A stretch of DNA of 64,000 nucleotides. It comes from Acidobacteriota bacterium (GTDB taxonomy: Bacteria > Acidobacteriota > UBA6911 > RPQK01 > JAJDTT01). The stretch covers positions 5,280,001 to 5,344,000 of the forward strand of contig OZ242374.1 of NCBI GenBank assembly GCA_965209055.1, read 5' to 3'. Below the pieces are notes generated by a model that ran no database searches, was not told the origin of the DNA, and was given only the letters and a program-made list of their open reading frames with translations. Below are positions 38,647-47,366 of this stretch, piece after piece. The translations under genes and the position numbers were made by a program. Every line of letters begins with the position of its first letter. The first letter of the stretch is position 1.

Positions 38647-39101
38647 GTCCCCATAATACACGCCCCGAATCAATTTACGGGACTGGCGCAGGCTGGAACT
38701 CTCCGCTACACGGTCCAAGCTGTTGTTGTCGGGATGGGAGGCTTGCCGGTTATCTCCGTCTTCTCCCCTGATCTAGTCACAGCAACTCGATCAACCGTGT
38801 TCGGATACCGTCGGAAAACCCCGTGACCTTTTGGACGAACCCGATAGGGTGTTGGACATCCACACCTATGGAGTTGCGGATAGTGACCGCCTTGGACGGG
38901 TCCTTGAACCAGAACCGACAGATTTGCTTCCTCGGGCTGAAGCCGCGGGAGGAGACGATTGGAAGTAGGAGTGCGGACGCGATCCGTCTGAACGCATGGG
39001 GTTCTGCTCGACGTTGATTGGGTAGGGTCAGAATTCAGGCGGCGTGGTGTCGACTACATCTTCGTCTCTATTTTGTGGATTGAGCCCTTTGTTCTTTGTC
39101 G

Positions 39102-39446
39102 TCATGACCTTCCGCTCGCGCGAACTTTGCTGACCACCGAGAGCAGGCCTTCCGCTGCATTTAGAACCTGGGTGACCTGTTGAAGCTTTGCCAAGGCGGT
39201 TTTCAGACCGTCGATGCCTGTGAGAAGACCCTCTTCGTTTTCTTTCAAGCCGTCACGAATGTCTGCCAGGGCCAGGTTCCCGATACGCAGCCTCGCCGCT
39301 TGGGTCTCCAAGAGCACTCTTCCGGCTCGATCAATCTCTTCCTTGGTCCTCTCCCGCAAGGCCAAATGCCATTCGGGAGACATCATTCGCACTACCGTAT
39401 TCCGCAGTTGCCGAACTGTTTCGATTCGAATCTTGAACGGCGCCAT
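39102..39446 (-). CDS. Hypothetical helical protein
   Basis: RBS (GAGGA); starts 5 bp after the upstream lipoprotein stop; heptad Leu pattern. Confidence 0.65.
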   Translation of the reverse strand: MAPFKIRIETVRQLRNTVVRMMSPEWHLALRERTKEEIDRAGRVLLETQAARLRIGNLALADIRDGLKENEEGLLTGIDGLKTALAKLQQVTQVLNAAEGLLSVVSKVRASGRS

Positions 39447-39451
39447 GGGAC

Positions 39452-40447
39452 CTAATCCTCTGTACCCTCAGCAATCGCTTCCAGAAAAGCAACGAGTTCA
39501 CCCATGTCATGAACCAACGCAGCAATGTTGGGTTCACGCCCTTCCACAAGGGCCACAAAGCTCATCTTCAGGTTCTTCGCAGCATCCGCCGTCGCGGCGA
39601 CACTCGAAAGCAGCAACGTCGATGTCAGCACGGTCTTGCGATCCTCTTTCCACCCCGATGGAAGGGTGCCGCTGCCTTGGAAAGGATCGATGATCCTCTC
39701 CGTTTCCAACGATTGCAGGCGCACCAGCAGATCTGTCTCCAGATCTTCGGAAATAAAGGACATTGCGCTCTGCTGGATCTCGAGTTCTCTTTCCAGCGTC
39801 CCAACGCGTTTCTTCAACTCACTCTCCAGTTCCTTCTTCTGAAAGTTCCCGACCACGATTTCGACGACTGGACCAATAAAATCCAATACCGGCTGCCCAC
39901 CGATCTCAGCACCCCGGATGCGGCTGTTGAGGTTTCCCAACGCCTGGAATACTCCATCGGCCGATCTTCCCAGATCTCCTCGGGTCTCCCTGTCCGCCAG
40001 AGCCCCGAGCTGAATGAAGTAAGCCTTCAGCAGGTTGGCATGACGACGAAGGTCGGCCAACAGAGACAATCGCTTCTTCAGAAGAGCGTTGTGCTCGACA
40101 ATTGCCTTCTGGCGTTTCTCCGGTGTCATGTTCTGACGCAGCCGGATGAGTATGGTGCTGTCTCCGTCTATGGCTGCCGCTCCGGCTTCTTCAATGAGCA
40201 GCCCAGTGGCATCCGCATACGCAATGCCCGCCCGGGAGAACTCCCTGAACTGGTTGAGTCGTGCTGTCGCGCACGAGGTCGCGAGTAGCAAGAGAAGAGC
40301 TATTGAACTTCTTGATAGAGGACAAGATCTGAGATTGGATCGCCAACATGAAAAAATTGTCTTCTCCTGACTCGGGCTCTTGAAGCCCGGAATGTATCTC
40401 CTGCAACTCACCCGGAAAAGCATCTTCTCAGTCGCAGGCATTAACAT
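39452..40447 (-). CDS. Hypothetical helical lipoprotein (start uncertain)
   Basis: Lipobox-like LLLLLATSC near 40275; long amphipathic helices. Confidence 0.7.
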   Translation of the reverse strand: MLMPATEKMLFRVSCRRYIPGFKSPSQEKTIFSCWRSNLRSCPLSRSSIALLLLLATSCATARLNQFREFSRAGIAYADATGLLIEEAGAAAIDGDSTILIRLRQNMTPEKRQKAIVEHNALLKKRLSLLADLRRHANLLKAYFIQLGALADRETRGDLGRSADGVFQALGNLNSRIRGAEIGGQPVLDFIGPVVEIVVGNFQKKELESELKKRVGTLERELEIQQSAMSFISEDLETDLLVRLQSLETERIIDPFQGSGTLPSGWKEDRKTVLTSTLLLSSVAATADAAKNLKMSFVALVEGREPNIAALVHDMGELVAFLEAIAEGTED

Positions 40448-40522
40448 TTTCCTTCCCCCATCAACGCAGACCTTGGGAAAATCTAAACGTAGCCTTCTCT
40501 TGGATCAGCCCGACTAACGCGG

Positions 40523-41362
40523 TTACCTTCCCTTGGCCCGGGTCGCCTTATTGGCACCTGTCGCACGCAGGTGTGAGATTCTGCTCAGCAGATCGAACCA
40601 GAATGGCGCACCGAGACTGATCGCCATGACCGTCATGATCCACCCGACGATCATTCGAAAAGTGATTTTCGGGAAACCTCCCGGATAGCCGATCGGAAAC
40701 GTCCCGATCTGCTTTTCCGCGTTAATCAAGATAGCGTCTTCGTTGCTGCCCGCTTTGCCGGCCTCGGCCGCAATCACCGTGCGCAACGCATCGTTTTTCC
40801 ACAACTGCTCGGCGATATGGATCGAGTCGGCGTTGAAAGCAACCGTAACGACCATGGCGATCGCCAGCAGGAAATACTTGACCTGGCGCTTATACCAGCC
40901 GGAGACTCGGTCCATGCCGTCGTCGAACCACGCGGACAGTCGCTGCTTAGTGCCATCGACTGTGTCCTCGTCCGTTTTCACCAGGCTGAGCAGAAGATCT
41001 CGCGCGGGATTGGCACTCTCCATCTCTTTGATGGTGTCGCGGAGTTGGCAGGCGGTCAGCTCGCTTACGCTTTTCCCGGCCTTGTCCCTGGCAACGACTT
41101 CGAGAAGCGCGGCGGTGAAAATCTCAGGCTGGATATACGAGGGCAACTTGCCCGGCTTGCGCAGGCCCTTGATCAGCGGATGTTTGTAGATTGACCGTGC
41201 GTACTCGCTGCCTATGAGGTTCTTGATGCCCTTCTCAAGATTCTTGGAGCGGAGACCGAAAATACTGGCGATAATCTCCTGTATCGAGCTGCAAACCAGA
41301 CTCAGCAGCACGTAGAAAAAGATCAGTCCGATAGCGACGTCCACAATCGGGGTGTCCAGCAT
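40523..41362 (-). CDS. Hypothetical membrane protein
   Basis: GAGGAG RBS; DVAIGL, LPSYI, WFDDGMDRVSGWYKR, SLGAPFWFDLL. Confidence 0.8.
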   Translation of the reverse strand: MLDTPIVDVAIGLIFFYVLLSLVCSSIQEIIASIFGLRSKNLEKGIKNLIGSEYARSIYKHPLIKGLRKPGKLPSYIQPEIFTAALLEVVARDKAGKSVSELTACQLRDTIKEMESANPARDLLLSLVKTDEDTVDGTKQRLSAWFDDGMDRVSGWYKRQVKYFLLAIAMVVTVAFNADSIHIAEQLWKNDALRTVIAAEAGKAGSNEDAILINAEKQIGTFPIGYPGGFPKITFRMIVGWIMTVMAISLGAPFWFDLLSRISHLRATGANKATRAKGR

Positions 41363-41583
41363 CAATCTCTCCTCTCTTTGGGTTGGTCGCTACCCTGCAT
41401 TTCTCACCACATGGAACAAGGAACGGAAAATGAACCGCTGTGTGGGCGATTCTTCATCCATATGACCTTCCCGCTGGCCCACTCCAACTGCCGGACAACT
41501 TCCATCTCCGTCGCGATCCTCCGCTTCAACCAGTCCCCCTTGGATACGCCTGTCACCGAGCCGCGACTGAGGCTTCGCCATGT

Positions 41584-41955
41584 TTATTTCTCCATGACGA
41601 GACCGATCAGAAAGCTCACCAAGCCGCCCACGGCGGCTCCCAAGGTCAGCATCAGGCCGACCACCTTCCACATGGTTTCAACGCCCATCTTGTCGGATAG
41701 CCCGGTCTCAAGGGTCTTGATGTCCTTCGCGTGCCGGTGCAGATCTTCCTGGACGCTGTGCATGAGGAGGTCGATCGTTTCCTTGTCCGATTTTTTTTCG
41801 ATCTCGCGCTCGATCTTATCGAGGCGCACTTGAATCTCACGACGATGATCGTCGAGGATGCCGCGGAACTCGTTTCGCCAAGACTCGAAGGTTCGCACGA
41901 GTAGGCGCTCGCTCTCCTTCCAGTCAAAGTGCTGGCCCGGATGTGACTCGTCCAT
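41584..41955 (-). CDS. Coiled-coil protein with C-terminal TM helix (holin/XhlA-like)
   Basis: AGGAGG RBS before MDESHPG; charged coiled coil then a hydrophobic tail. Confidence 0.6.
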   Translation of the reverse strand: MDESHPGQHFDWKESERLLVRTFESWRNEFRGILDDHRREIQVRLDKIEREIEKKSDKETIDLLMHSVQEDLHRHAKDIKTLETGLSDKMGVETMWKVVGLMLTLGAAVGGLVSFLIGLVMEK

Positions 41956-42039
41956 GGGGTCCTCCTTGTTGCCACCAAGCGTGGGAAGTCTTGTGGAACG
42001 TCTCTCCACAAATGATTTGGGGCATGGTGTCGGGTTGTG

Positions 42040-43560
42040 GTTATGGCCTGATGGTTACCCATTCTTCAGCGCCGGCATTGACGGTGTCCCCGGTGTCTGG
42101 ATCGAGTAAGACCGAGTGCTGCGGTCAAAAATAGGGCGAGTGGCCGTAGGTACTTCTTGTGTTCCGGCGTTTTGATTCGTCACGATGCTCGTTCGGGGCG
42201 GATTCCGCACCTGCTTCCCTCCGGATTCCGCCAAACCTGGGGGCCGTTCGTCCAGGACCAGAAACATTCCGGTGTCGTCATTGTCGCCATAGCGCAAGCA
42301 ACGGGAACTCAGCCAGACCAGGTTTCTTTGCCGGAGCGGAACAACACCGGAATCACCCTCCGGTATCGGCCCCAGTGGCCCGAATCGTTGTCGCCGCTCT
42401 CACAGGATCACCATTTGCCTTTCCAACGGTGCATGTCGATCGCTTCATGCTGGTATTGGCTTTCGTATCCAGTTGCGGCTGATGTGGCCCGGCTCAGCGG
42501 GGTCAGTCTTTTGATCTTGATCGGCGTGACGGACAGGGTCGGAAAGAGTTCTTCGTATTCCACGACGAATGTGAAGATTTACCCAAACCGTTGCATGTTT
42601 CGCTGCTGGGAATAAATGCCAATCCCGTCGCGTCAAAAAGTCGCCAACTCGTTTTCCAGACGGGATAACTCGATGGATCTGTGTCTTCCGGTTACTTTTT
42701 GCTGTCTTGGAAGACGAACCGGTTGCTCTCGCGGACGATATTGGCCATCAGCACCTGTCCCTCAATCTGAATTCGGAACGTCGACCGGATCACTCTGAAC
42801 TCGTTGCGTCGGTTTCCGTCCACACTACGATCATCTGTAGGCTCCAGCGAATACCTACCGTCGCGTCGGCAAAAGTGTCGGCCAGACCTCCGGTGCGGAC
42901 AGGGATCGGTCAATCGGCCTAATCTTCAGTCCGTTGAATGTACGGAATCCGGTTTCGCCTGGATTATTCGGTGCGCCGTGGAAAGGCGCTTTCTCTTAGC
43001 GGGTGCGAAACCCTCACGACGACTGTCGCTTCAGCCGGTAGCAGTCGGAGGGGGGCAGCAGGCCGGGGGCACGGTCGTCAGGACAAACTCTCTCCCGACA
43101 TGGGTGATTCGGCGTCCGTCTTCACCAGAGTCTGATTTGGCCGTTCCTTTTCTCGGCCCGTTCCCGATAGCGCGCCGCCCGCAGGGCGTGCTGGCAACGC
43201 TCACACAGGGGTCCACGATCCGGGTGTCTGGTTTGCACCGGGTGCAGCAGTGCCGCTCCATCCACTGCCAGAGGGTTTCGGTGAGATCCCCGCAATGGTC
43301 ACAATGCTGTTCACCCGGATCGACTCGAAAGTCTCGGTAGCCGGCGCAGGTTCGCTCGAAACTCATCGATGTCTCGACCGGTGCCCGTGTCCAGACTCGC
43401 AGAATTCCCCGCATCGGGAACGGTTCGGACAGTCGCCTCGATAGCCACAGTTCGGGCAGCGATAGGAGTGTCGTCTTCGCAGCCGGACCACCTCCTGCTT
43501 CCTGAGGGTCTCCAGCCGTTCCTCGTGGATATCAGGGACGCGCTCATGCGCCCCATCTTG
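42040..43560 (-). pseudogene. Fragmented, possibly phage-derived genes incl. Cys-rich (CxxC) pieces
   Basis: Broken frames MANIVRESNRFVFQDS..., LLDPDTGDTVNAGAEEWVTIRP*, YRCPNCG, HCDHCG...CCTRC. Confidence 0.35.
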
Positions 43561-43603
43561 CCCGTCACGGGTGTCATTTTGGGCCTTCCCGCAGGGATCA
43601 ATG

Positions 43604-43842
43604 GGACGGGAGCGCCCCCCCCAGGGGGTGTTGCGCAGATGTGAATCGCGCAACACCCCCGCGCCCGCACTGGGCGGCAAAAAGGGGGGGTCGCTCCCGT
43701 CCACCTCTATTTTCCCCGTGCGGCCACCCGGTGGCCGGAAATGGGGCCGTAACTGACTGAAAGAAAAGAAGCTCGGGGAGAGTGCATTTGTGAATCACCG
43801 GGACCGCTTTTTGTGAATCCACCCCCTTTGTCCCATTCACAT
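43604..43842. other. Structured non-coding element with repeated TGTGAAT boxes
   Basis: 11-bp outer IR (43604-43614/43692-43702), 13-bp inner IR (43624-43636/43648-43660), four TGTGAAT motifs. Confidence 0.65.
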
Positions 43843-44216
43843 CCCGGATCGGGCGCGAGACCCTCTTTTCGCACTGCCGAAACGAGCCTCCATTGGCCCT
43901 TGCGACTGCCAAATGCGTTCAACGTCAATCACGACCTGGAAGGAGCGACTTTCCGCCGCTGGTTGCAACTCGACCGCCCGCTTCAGTGCGGCCGTCACCC
44001 CGCCACAAGAGACGAATCGGGGGCAACCAGGTCTTTTTCGGCGTTACCGATGGTCACGGCGGTTTTACGCCCAACTGTCAAAACATTGGACGCGTAGGAT
44101 GGCCCCTGTTGACCTGAAACAGGCGGACGAAGGGTCTGGCGCCTTTGATTCGGAGGCGTGAGAAGGAACCCTGCGCACAATGGCGGCGCGGCGTATTTCG
44201 TGGTAGCGTCCAACCC

Positions 44217-44387
44217 ATGATTCTGGCCCTTGCGCTTCTCCTCGCCGTCGTCGCCTGGGTCTGCTACGCCGTCGCCCGCGCCCTGGACGCGAGTCTTGAA
44301 GAGGCGGACCGCCAGGCGGCTGCGGTGTTGGCAAACGATCGTCGAATCGCATTCACGATGTCTCCGAGCATCGGGAATACGAGGTAA
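44217..44387 (+). CDS. Small membrane protein
   Basis: MILALALLLAVVAWVCYAVARA hydrophobic N-terminus, 56 aa. Confidence 0.4.
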   Translation: MILALALLLAVVAWVCYAVARALDASLEEADRQAAAVLANDRRIAFTMSPSIGNTR

Positions 44388-44425
44388 GGGAAAAAAGCGT
44401 GTCGGCTTTCAGGAGCAAAATCTAC

Positions 44426-44444
44426 TGCCTGTTTGTTGCCTGTT
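44426..44444 (+). promoter_or_regulatory. Integrase arm-type binding site (right)
   Basis: Identical to 25020-25038, about 105 bp inside the right core. Confidence 0.75.
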
Positions 44445-44550
44445 CAGCACGCCAGACATGGGGAGTCAACCACTTTACCGATTCGGCGAAGAACCCGGTA
44501 TTCCATTGAAAACGTTAATGTTTAGTAGTTATTGACTGAGGGACGGTTGG

Positions 44551-44569
44551 GATTGGAAATCGCCCCTCC
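44551..44569 (+). repeat. Right att core GATTGGAAATC plus remainder of the REP hairpin (GCCCCTCC)
   Basis: Joins to 24908-24922 to give GGGCGATTGGAAATCGCCC. Confidence 0.85.
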
Positions 44570-44589
44570 TTTTGGAGAGTGGAGGGCTG

Positions 44590-45783
44590 ATGGGCCTGAG
44601 AAGGAACGCCATATACCAGCGGATGGGCGTCCGTGAAGTGATCAACGGCCGCAGTTTCAGCACCAAGGTCGGCGGTTGCGTCATGGACCCCGAGGTGATC
44701 CAGGCGATGCAGGAAGCCAGCCGCTCCTTTGTCCGGATCGAAGACCTGGAGGAGGCGGCAAGCAGGACCATCTCGCGGATCACAGGCGCCGAAGCAGGCT
44801 ACGTCACTTCAGGCGCGGCGGCGGGGCTCACTTTGTCCATGGCTGCCTGTCTCACGGGACTCGACCCCGAAAAGATGAATCGCCTGCCCGATACGAGGGG
44901 GATGAAGAACGAAGTGATCATCCAGCGGGGTCACCGCAACGACTATGACCACGCGCTGAGAGCGGCGGGAGCAAGGGTCAAGGAGATCGGTTTCAACTAC
45001 GCCACATTTCCCTATGAGCTGGAGCGGGCCATCGACGAGAAGACCGCCGCCATCTTTTACCTGGCCGGAATCGCCGACGGCAGCCTGCCCATCGCCCGGG
45101 TCACCGAAATCGCCGGAGAAAAAGGGGTGCCCGTCATTGTCGACGCGAGCGCAGAACTGCCGCCACGGGAGAACCTCCGCAGATTTATCGGCCACGGCGC
45201 CGATCTCGTGGTCTTCAGCGGCGGAAAACACATCCGCGGACCCCAGTCGAGCGGCTTCATTTGCGGCCGAAAGGAACTGATTCTGGCAGCCGCACTGCAG
45301 CATCAGGACATGGATGTCTTCCCCGAAACCTGGAGTTTCCGCGAACTGATCGATGAGGGCGTTCTTCCCGGCCCTCCGCACCACGGGATCGGACGGGGGT
45401 TCAAGGTCGGAAAAGAGGAGATCGTCGGTCTCGTGACCGCCTTGACCCGTTATGTGGAAAGGGATCTGGAGGCGGAGCTGCAGAATTGGAAGGAGACCAC
45501 CCATTCACTGGTGGAGGGCGTGAACCGGATTGAAGGTCTGAGTGGAACATTCCAGTTTCCGAAACCGGGCGGCCGGACCGTCCCGGCGGCCCATATCCGA
45601 GTCGATCCGGTGAAGTACGGCCTGGACGCCCATGGCCTCATCAACGCGCTCCAGGATGGCGACCCCATCATCGCCGTTTACGAGAGCTTCGCCGCCAAGG
45701 GCAAGGTGATCATCTTTCCCGAGAATCTGCGGCCCGGCGACGTTACGCTGATCGTGGATCGTCTTCGGGAGATCAAGGCTTGA
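44590..45783 (+). CDS. SelA-like PLP enzyme (DgaE / D-glucosaminate-6-P ammonia-lyase family)
   Basis: GGAGG RBS; TGAEAG-x-VTSGAAAG, VDAS, FSGGK, GIGRGFKVGKEEIVG. Confidence 0.8.
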   Translation: MGLRRNAIYQRMGVREVINGRSFSTKVGGCVMDPEVIQAMQEASRSFVRIEDLEEAASRTISRITGAEAGYVTSGAAAGLTLSMAACLTGLDPEKMNRLPDTRGMKNEVIIQRGHRNDYDHALRAAGARVKEIGFNYATFPYELERAIDEKTAAIFYLAGIADGSLPIARVTEIAGEKGVPVIVDASAELPPRENLRRFIGHGADLVVFSGGKHIRGPQSSGFICGRKELILAAALQHQDMDVFPETWSFRELIDEGVLPGPPHHGIGRGFKVGKEEIVGLVTALTRYVERDLEAELQNWKETTHSLVEGVNRIEGLSGTFQFPKPGGRTVPAAHIRVDPVKYGLDAHGLINALQDGDPIIAVYESFAAKGKVIIFPENLRPGDVTLIVDRLREIKA

Positions 45784-47338
45784 AAATCCGGAACTCTTTG
45801 TCGGCGTTCTTCGATTGGAGTTCGCGGTAGGTCTTGAGTTCCGCTTGCGCCTCATCTTGCCGGCCCAGCCTGGCCAGTACCTGAGCGGCCTGGAAGTGAG
45901 CCTGGGGGAACCCGGGGTCCAATTCGATAGCCCGCCGGCTATCCCGCAACGACGCCGCAAGGTCTCCCCGCGTGAAGAGGATTTTTGCCCGCTGAAAGAG
46001 AGCGTGAACGAAGGCGGGATCGAGCGTCAGGCATTGATCGAAAAGCGCCAGAGCGCGATCCTCTTCGCCCCGTTGGGAGTGGATCAGACCCTGAAGATAG
46101 TAGATGCGCCCGTCCTCCGGGGCCAGCCGGCGGGCCCTCTCGAAATACGAGAGTGCTTGCTCCCGCTGTCCGGCTTCCAGAAATGAACTGGCGAGATAGA
46201 GCAAGCCGGAGCTGTCGGAAGGCCGAATCTCGATCAATCTTGAAAACGTTCGCTGAGCGTCCTCAAACCTCCCTTTGAGTTGCTGAGAGAATCCCATTGC
46301 CCTCAGCAATTGCGGAGACTCGGGAAAGTGCGCCAACGACTGATCGAGGACCGTAATCGCTTCGTCGTAGGCATCGGCCCTCAGAAACAGGAGCGCCAGG
46401 TTGTAGTGGGACTCCTGGTTTCGAGGTTGTAGTTCGATGGCCTTTTCGAATGACTTGCCGGCTTCCACGACTTGACCCAACCTGGCGTTGGCCGCGCCCA
46501 TGAGGTTGAAGTACTCGGCATTCTTCTCGGACTCGGGCCAACGGCTCAGTTCAGCCAGACAGCTCTCATCCTCCCCCTGCTTGAACAGAGCCGAAGCCAA
46601 TGAAAAACTCATATCCCATTTGCCGGGATTGAGTGCCCGGGCTTTCTTGAAACCGGCCACCGACTCATCCAAGCGTCCCGTCTGTTCGTAGGCTGTCGCC
46701 AGGGCGGCCCAGAGTCCGAAGCTGTCGTCACCCAGCCGGTTGGCCCGCTCCAGGCTGACAACCGCAGCCTCGGGTTTTTTCAAGGCCACATAGCATTCCC
46801 CGAGTAGTCGATAGTATTGACGACTCTGGAATCGAGGTTCTTTTCCCACCGCTTCCAAATGGTTGACGGCGCTTTTGAATTGACCCAGCTCCGCGTAGAT
46901 AACGCCCATTCGATAACGGATTTCCGACGAATCGGGACTGAGATCCAGCAACTTCCGGAACTGCTGGAGCGCCGGCTCCAACCTGCCTTGACGGACCCAG
47001 TGAAGAGCCAGATTCCTTCGGGCCTCGACGTAATCGGGCCGCAGCTCAATGGCCTTTCGGAGAGACTCTTCAAATAGTCGAGGCCGATTCATCTTCTGGT
47101 GGATGATTCCCATCAGGTTGTGAGCCTCGGCAACTTGCGGGGCCACCTCCAGGAGTTCCGCCAGGCTGGCAAGAGCCGACTGGAACCGTCCCTTTTGGAA
47201 TGCGTTGAGCGCCTCCGAATAGTGCCGGCGTATGAGTTCGCCCGTAGTCGCCTGCTTTTCAGCCAGACTCCATGGGACAGCAAAGAGGTTGAGGAGGAGC
47301 CAGAGGAGCACAAATGGCGGCCGGGAACCCTTTGCCAT
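45773..47338 (-). CDS. Secreted tetratricopeptide-repeat protein
   Basis: GAGGTGG RBS; signal peptide; many A-x3-LG...A-x3-P TPR units. Confidence 0.88.
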   Translation of the reverse strand: MAKGSRPPFVLLWLLLNLFAVPWSLAEKQATTGELIRRHYSEALNAFQKGRFQSALASLAELLEVAPQVAEAHNLMGIIHQKMNRPRLFEESLRKAIELRPDYVEARRNLALHWVRQGRLEPALQQFRKLLDLSPDSSEIRYRMGVIYAELGQFKSAVNHLEAVGKEPRFQSRQYYRLLGECYVALKKPEAAVVSLERANRLGDDSFGLWAALATAYEQTGRLDESVAGFKKARALNPGKWDMSFSLASALFKQGEDESCLAELSRWPESEKNAEYFNLMGAANARLGQVVEAGKSFEKAIELQPRNQESHYNLALLFLRADAYDEAITVLDQSLAHFPESPQLLRAMGFSQQLKGRFEDAQRTFSRLIEIRPSDSSGLLYLASSFLEAGQREQALSYFERARRLAPEDGRIYYLQGLIHSQRGEEDRALALFDQCLTLDPAFVHALFQRAKILFTRGDLAASLRDSRRAIELDPGFPQAHFQAAQVLARLGRQDEAQAELKTYRELQSKNADKEFRIFKP

Positions 47339-47366
47339 GGCCACCTCAGTTTGCCATAGTCGGCCT

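Larger units (their letters stand above)
24912..44561. mobile_element. Integrative element / decayed prophage-like island (~19.6 kb)
   Basis: 11-bp direct repeat at both ends, identical 19-bp arm-type sites near each end, integrase at the left end, repA/sigma/phage-like remnants inside; excision restores a REP hairpin. Confidence 0.85.

Noticed and set aside
44590-45783. True selenocysteine synthase selA
   Set aside because: Shorter SelA-like/DgaE-type sequence, and no selB, selC or selD nearby.
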